Source: Gammaproteobacteria bacterium (lineage in GTDB: Bacteria > Pseudomonadota > Gammaproteobacteria > Steroidobacterales > Foliamicaceae). From it: a stretch of 64,000 nucleotides of DNA. The position numbers and the translations under genes were made by a program. Under the pieces are notes generated by a model that searched no databases, was not told the origin of the DNA, and saw nothing but the letters and a program-made list of their open reading frames with translations. Positions 60,901 through 64,000 of this stretch are shown here, piece after piece. The stretch lies in NCBI GenBank assembly GCA_965115835.1, contig OZ220471.1:71037-135036 (forward strand). Reading direction: 5' to 3'. Numbering within the stretch: position 1 is the stretch's first letter; each line of letters starts with the position of its first letter.

Positions 60901-61990
60901 CGTAGTTGGTGCCGGGCGCGCTCACGTCGAACTCGTTCTTGAACTCGTAGCCCTCCTGATTGTCGATCACCGGAGCGTATACCGTCATCGTCCGCGGATC
61001 GTTCCAGTTGTAGGGCTCGAACACAAGCTCGCCCACATCCCGGTCGTCTCGTCCCTGGGCCACGGACTTGATCCCGATCGTGACATTTCCGGTCGGCCTC
61101 ACTCCCGCCAGCACCACCGTGTACACGTCCCCACTGCCCTCGTTGATGGTGAGCTCCGTCGGCGTCACCACCACCTGCGGGGCCATCGGCGTCCCCGTCG
61201 CCGCGTCCGATTCGGCGCTGTTGCCGGCGGCGTTCACTGCCCGGATGCGGAAGCTGTATTCGCTGCCGTTGTCCAGACTCGTCACCGTGTGGCTCACGGT
61301 GTCGCGGCCCGAGCCGCTGATGTTGGTCCAGGCGCCCCAGGCGCCGGTCCCCTTCTTCTGTTGCACCTGATAGCCGCTGATGCTTTGGTCGGTCGAACGG
61401 GTCCAGCTCAGCGTTGCCTGCGAGGTGCCTGCCGATACCTTCAGGCCGGTCGGCTTGGCAGGGGCGCTGGCGGCTGTGTCATTGTCCGTGATGGTGAGGG
61501 TCAGTGTGTTGCTGTTCTGTGTCCAGCCATCCCGTCTGGCTCCTTCTGCTGGCTCAAGCCTCAGGGTGACGGTTTCCCCGGCCCCCTCATCAATCGTGTC
61601 GCCCAGAATGCCGATTTTGAAACTTCCATTCGTTCCCCCGCTTATAGGTGCGTAGGCTTCGCTGAATAATGTTACATAACAGATATCCGCACCGCTGGAC
61701 GGAGCACTGCATGAAGTGCGGCCACGATTGGTGTTGTCGGTTGCCGTGCTGCTGGCGGCAACAACTCGAACGATAAAGTCAAGGTGAAAGGGCGTGTTCT
61801 CCCCGAGAGTGAAGTTGATTGTCACATCTTTCTTCCCGGAATCGCCCTCGGTGATCGTGGTCGACGCGGTTGATATGGCGACGGTCTTGGCGGCGCGGGC
61901 GTTTTCGGGCGCGGCGAGCGTCAAAAGCGCGAAGAGGGCGGCGATGAGGCCTGCGTTCAGGCGTAGCGCGGTTCTCCCGGAGGCGCGCAC
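57797..61990 (-). CDS. type Va autotransporter with fibronectin-III-like and Calx-beta-like passenger modules
   Basis: GTG 61990 has GAGG 8 nt upstream. Signal peptide ...AALFALLTLAAPENARA. Two FN3-like modules (LSWTRSTDQSISGYQVQQK...YSFRIRAVNAAGNS; LSWSDPGDATITHWQVWVRR...YRFRVRAVNAAGPG). Calx-beta-like modules (SGSDFVQGSGVARF...ETLDDSHDEGQETFAVLL). Linker PRSWLGRFGRSVAEQ and a ~300-aa beta-barrel ending LDIEFRARW. Confidence 0.85.
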   Translation of the reverse strand: MRASGRTALRLNAGLIAALFALLTLAAPENARAAKTVAISTASTTITEGDSGKKDVTINFTLGENTPFHLDFIVRVVAASSTATDNTNRGRTSCSAPSSGADICYVTLFSEAYAPISGGTNGSFKIGILGDTIDEGAGETVTLRLEPAEGARRDGWTQNSNTLTLTITDNDTAASAPAKPTGLKVSAGTSQATLSWTRSTDQSISGYQVQQKKGTGAWGAWTNISGSGRDTVSHTVTSLDNGSEYSFRIRAVNAAGNSAESDAATGTPMAPQVVVTPTELTINEGSGDVYTVVLAGVRPTGNVTIGIKSVAQGRDDRDVGELVFEPYNWNDPRTMTVYAPVIDNQEGYEFKNEFDVSAPGTNYADVEADDVTITVVDTTATLTLATDPAAVTEGANISLSITSDRALVGAIPVKLTFADRASSGFAAADLPGGLVQTLMAEFGSTGGTTGTVTIPTNNDSATSEGAETYTVTLGDDSAYNGYKLGADVTADGTLNDAASGTPTAPGTTKGVTVVPTTLTAAEGGGAGFLVVLNAAPSANVTITVSGDSGDVTFTTQGQGSDGSNWGRLTFTTANWNVPQWVRVFVREDADMEDDTDVTLTLTASGGGYDMVTIDSVTITVAEDDKTMSPGGAEGNRLPPGSAAAPGSPVEAPRRPRGFEAEAGDGEVALSWSDPGDATITHWQVWVRRGGWSAWTDIAGSGVATTGHTVTGLDNGKRYRFRVRAVNAAGPGVKSRRKFATPLGAPEVSIADASASEGEALVFGVTLSEPAAGEVSVAWRTASGGNHGSAESGSDFVQGSGVARFASGAVRAEVRIETLDDSHDEGQETFAVLLSDARGVVIAHGKATGVIVNSDPMPRSWLGRFGRSVAEQALDGISERMGSAGESARAPGFRGAFGGYALGGDLGLAANGCGSGDGAAPEAVGDGAAAERDCLADRFGLMAGHSIGSYLSDGYAMDGVPSSGTFGVGAGSSPGHSAWPGFGGGSVLSRPPVRSSGVTAERSLGRLLAGSRFTYTRGEDSFGGVLGFWGRGAQSSFDGREGEVGLDGEVTTALLGVDYAKGRWLAGVALSQSRSDGGYRGAGVAAKTPATDGGIEAALTAAIPYASWRPSERLSLWGAVGHGSGDITLAPGAAESLETAIGWTMAAAGASGELFSFANGGSLSLVSDALWARTTSARTDGLVGATAGVGRLRLGLEGSKRFALPGGGGLTPKLEIGARRDSGAAETGFGVEIGGGLAWSDPRLGIEFNVEGRALLTHEDGAMRDRGFSASLAYDPRPDSALGLTLALRQDLGSAASGGLDALFAHDPLSRRLGSDQGGRWTMEVGYGLSAFRGRFVGAPQLSYGVSAGAREVGVGWRLAPAPVAGAPDLGVAVRAVRRQGVLQPADHRLDIEFRARW

Positions 61991-62016
61991 GGGCTCAGCC
62001 TCGCGCCCGGATTTTC

Positions 62017-62039
62017 GGGGGGGGGGGGGGGGGGGGGGG
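62017..62039 (-). repeat. homopolymeric tract, 23 x C on the autotransporter coding strand (23 x G on +)
   Basis: Counted directly: the G run spans 62017-62039, and 26 nt separate it from the GTG start at 61990. Confidence 0.9.
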
Positions 62040-62388
62040 TACAGGCCATAAGGCCGCGCGCGTCGGTTCGGCCCGGATCCCGCCCGAATCGCCGTGACAG
62101 GCCACCCATTGCAGCCGACACGCCGCTGTTGCCTTCAAGGTTGTCGCCCATCTTCATCATGCCTCCATCCTCCATCGTCTCGTCCAGAATGTTTTGCTGG
62201 CGAACATTCGAGGCCAATATCTTACCGCAACTCAATTACCGCAGCAGGGGGCCAACGACAAAGCGGGCGGGGCCTTGTCGGTGAGCGCGCAGAGGCGCTT
62301 TTCGAGCAGGCGAAAGGCGGGAACTGCCGCCGAAATTCAGCGCGGGCGCCAAGCGCAGGATCCCGAATCCTGTCCGGTTGCGCCAGTT

Positions 62389-62690
62389 CGCGGGCATGAA
62401 AGTTGCGCCGGGATTGCCTGTATCCCTTGCTCCGCGATGATTATCTCGCTTGCATCCGCCACACGAGTCGTGTTCCCTTGTTTTGCGCTCCGTCCGCGGC
62501 TTGTTCCGTTTGTCCCTGCGCATCTCGAGACGCAGGAGAAGGCAGGTTTCCCGTCCCAGGGGCTGCGCCCCGATCCGGTGCGGGATACCGCTCCATCAGG
62601 AAATCGCGACCGGAAATGTCTGCCCGGACACGATGCAGGGATCGTGAGCGGCCCGGGAACCTGTCAGGCCCGACAGACTGCGAGCCTGCA
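62389..62690 (-). repeat. dispersed repeat family, copy B (right flank of autotransporter insertion, inverted relative to copies A and L)
   Basis: The reverse complement of 62485-62612 aligns with 24497-24620, and 62652-62686 aligns with 57332-57374. Relative to copy A it contains a ~65-nt insertion (62416-62484). Confidence 0.7.
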
Positions 62691-62909
62691 GCCCCGCCTG
62701 GTCCATCCGAACGGCGTCGAGTCCTTCCGGGCGGTGTTTGAGCAGCCATTCAGGCGCACTCCGAATCGCCGGCGTGATGATGTGATAAGGTGCGCAGGCC
62801 GCAACCGTTCGCGCAGGTCTCCATTGGGTCGGGTCGGTTTTTTTCGGTCGAGCGTGTGTCGTTCGGGCATTCTCCAGTCTGGAGATTATCGGCTGCTGCA
62901 GGAGGGAGT

Positions 62910-63434
62910 GTGGTCCAGTTCAAGGCCGTGACAATGCGAAAGTTGCGTGAGTGGGCCGGTCGTCATCACGTGATAGAGGCGTCCTTCGAAGCAGGCGCGC
63001 TCCGCCGTCTTGCCGACCTTGGCCTTGGCGCCGGTCTGGCCGGGAACATTGACGCGCGGTGGTCCTTCAAGCCCGGTCTGGAAGGATTTCCACTGATCGG
63101 GCTGTGCGCCCGCGGGACCCTTCGACTGGAGTGCCAGCGATGTCTCGCGCCGGTTGCCTGGCGGGTCGAGGTGGACTGCCGGCTCACCGCAGTAGGCAGC
63201 GAGAGCGAGGTGGGAGAGGTGGCTTCTCCCTACGATACGGTCGTGGCCGGCCAGGACGGCCTGATGCTGGGTACAATACTGGAAGACGAGATCCTGACCA
63301 TCCTGCCCATGGCGCCTGCGCATTCGCAATGCACGGTGGCGTGGCAAGCAAGGCCCGAGACGGCGCCGGGCGCCAGCCGCCCGCTGGCGGCGCTTGGGGC
63401 CTTGATGCGGCAGAGGCAGGGCCGAACTTGCTGA
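62910..63434 (+). CDS. yceD: YceD (DUF177) large-subunit rRNA accumulation protein
   Basis: ...LRLECQRCLAPV...ILEDEILTILPMAPAH... parallels E. coli YceD (VTLECQRCGKPF...MVEDEIILALPVVPVH). It lies upstream of rpmF as usual. The start is uncertain (GTG 62910 or ATG 62934; the track start at 62790 is unlikely). Confidence 0.7.
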   Translation: MVQFKAVTMRKLREWAGRHHVIEASFEAGALRRLADLGLGAGLAGNIDARWSFKPGLEGFPLIGLCARGTLRLECQRCLAPVAWRVEVDCRLTAVGSESEVGEVASPYDTVVAGQDGLMLGTILEDEILTILPMAPAHSQCTVAWQARPETAPGASRPLAALGALMRQRQGRTC

Positions 63435-63458
63435 TAGCCGGTTCCGAGGGAGGCGACC

Positions 63459-63662
63459 ATGGCCGTTCAACAAAACAAAAAATCACGCTCGCGGCGGGAC
63501 ATGCGCCGGTCGCATCACGCGTTGGCTCGCCCGACGCTCTCGGCGGACCCTGAAACCGGCGAGCTTCATCGCCGGCATCATGTTGCGCCCGACGGATACT
63601 ATCGTGGCCGCGAGATTGTTCCGCCGCCTCCCGAGCCGGACAAGGAGGAAATGGAAGGCTGA
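63459..63662 (+). CDS. rpmF: 50S ribosomal protein L32
   Basis: [22 protein letters not shown] is the L32 N-terminus. Confidence 0.95.
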   Translation: MAVQQNKKSRSRRDMRRSHHALARPTLSADPETGELHRRHHVAPDGYYRGREIVPPPPEPDKEEMEG

Positions 63663-63752
63663 AGTCCTGCGCTTCGGCGCCGGGACCGTCTTGCCGTTGA
63701 CAAAGCCGGGCTGGTTGCTTCGGAACGTGCTTGGGGCGGTAACTTCCGGGCC

Positions 63753-64000
63753 ATGAGCAAGTTCATCACGATCGCGGTGGACGCCATGAGCGGTGACCTC
63801 GGCCCGGCTGTGGCGGTTCGGGCATCGCTGGAAATGCTGCGCAGCCGCGACGGATTGCGGCTGATACTGGCAGGAGACACGGAAACGGTGCGCCGGCATT
63901 GCGGGCGTCTGGGAAAGGAGTCGAGCCGCGTGGAAATTCTGCATGCCGATCAGGTCGTGTCGATGGAGGATACGCCGTTGGAGGCCCTGCGCCGCAAGAA
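63753..64000 (+). CDS. plsX: phosphate acyltransferase PlsX, N-terminal part (3' end outside window)
   Basis: ATG 63753 gives MSKFITIAVDAMSGDLGPAVAVRASLEML, the PlsX N-terminal motif (DAMGGD-like). The frame is open to the window end. Confidence 0.85.
   Translation, partial: MSKFITIAVDAMSGDLGPAVAVRASLEMLRSRDGLRLILAGDTETVRRHCGRLGKESSRVEILHADQVVSMEDTPLEALRRK

Noticed and set aside
59462-61669. 735-aa + strand ORF inside the autotransporter locus
   Set aside because: It is antisense to the FN3/Calx-beta passenger, and its Arg/Gly/His-rich translation has no domain pattern.
61957-62235. 92-aa minus-strand ORF containing PPPPPPP
   Set aside because: The proline run is just the poly-C tract translated. 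There is no SD or recognisable fold. It is kept only for the frame arithmetic in the poly-C finding.
62194-62931. 245-aa + strand ORF between the poly-C tract and yceD
   Set aside because: It runs across the dispersed repeat copy B and into the yceD start region. It shows no motif or conservation signal and is likely non-coding.

Overview
This is a visibly GC-rich chromosomal segment whose gene order looks gammaproteobacterial; the taxon is inferred from synteny only. The housekeeping backbone runs rseP(partial)-bamA-skp-lpxD-lpxA-lpxB-rnhB-dnaE, accA, tilS, pyrG-kdsA-eno-ftsB, surE-pcm-yqaA-like-nlpD, and an acyl-CoA ligase plus a small Mth938-like gene. It continues with prfB (programmed +1 frameshift directly visible) and lysS. 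Further on are a phenylacetate cluster (paaK divergent from paaZ-paaABCE-paaX), a secreted-amidase/TonB-receptor/LuxR operon, an ALDH7-type dehydrogenase, an MFS transporter, ygfZ, sdhCDA, nadE, maf and yceD-rpmF-plsX(partial). I recognised no rRNA, tRNA, CRISPR array, transposase or integrase. Three normally adjacent gene pairs are split by accessory DNA, and each split carries repeats. (1) prfB|lysS holds a P-loop NTPase remnant, an allA-like gene, a 121-bp MITE and purU. (2) sdhA is followed not by sdhB but by a second MITE copy and a translationally coupled vapB-vapC-Type ISP restriction-modification operon. (3) maf|yceD holds a 1397-aa autotransporter with a 23-nt poly-C tract 26 nt upstream of its start codon. 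That gene also has a triplicated 3' end and inverted copies of a dispersed repeat on both sides. The best candidates for follow-up are the TA-coupled Type ISP operon, the poly-C switch with the duplicated beta-barrel ends, and the MITE/repeat families at the synteny breaks. The many long ORFs antisense to real genes are treated as GC-driven artefacts.
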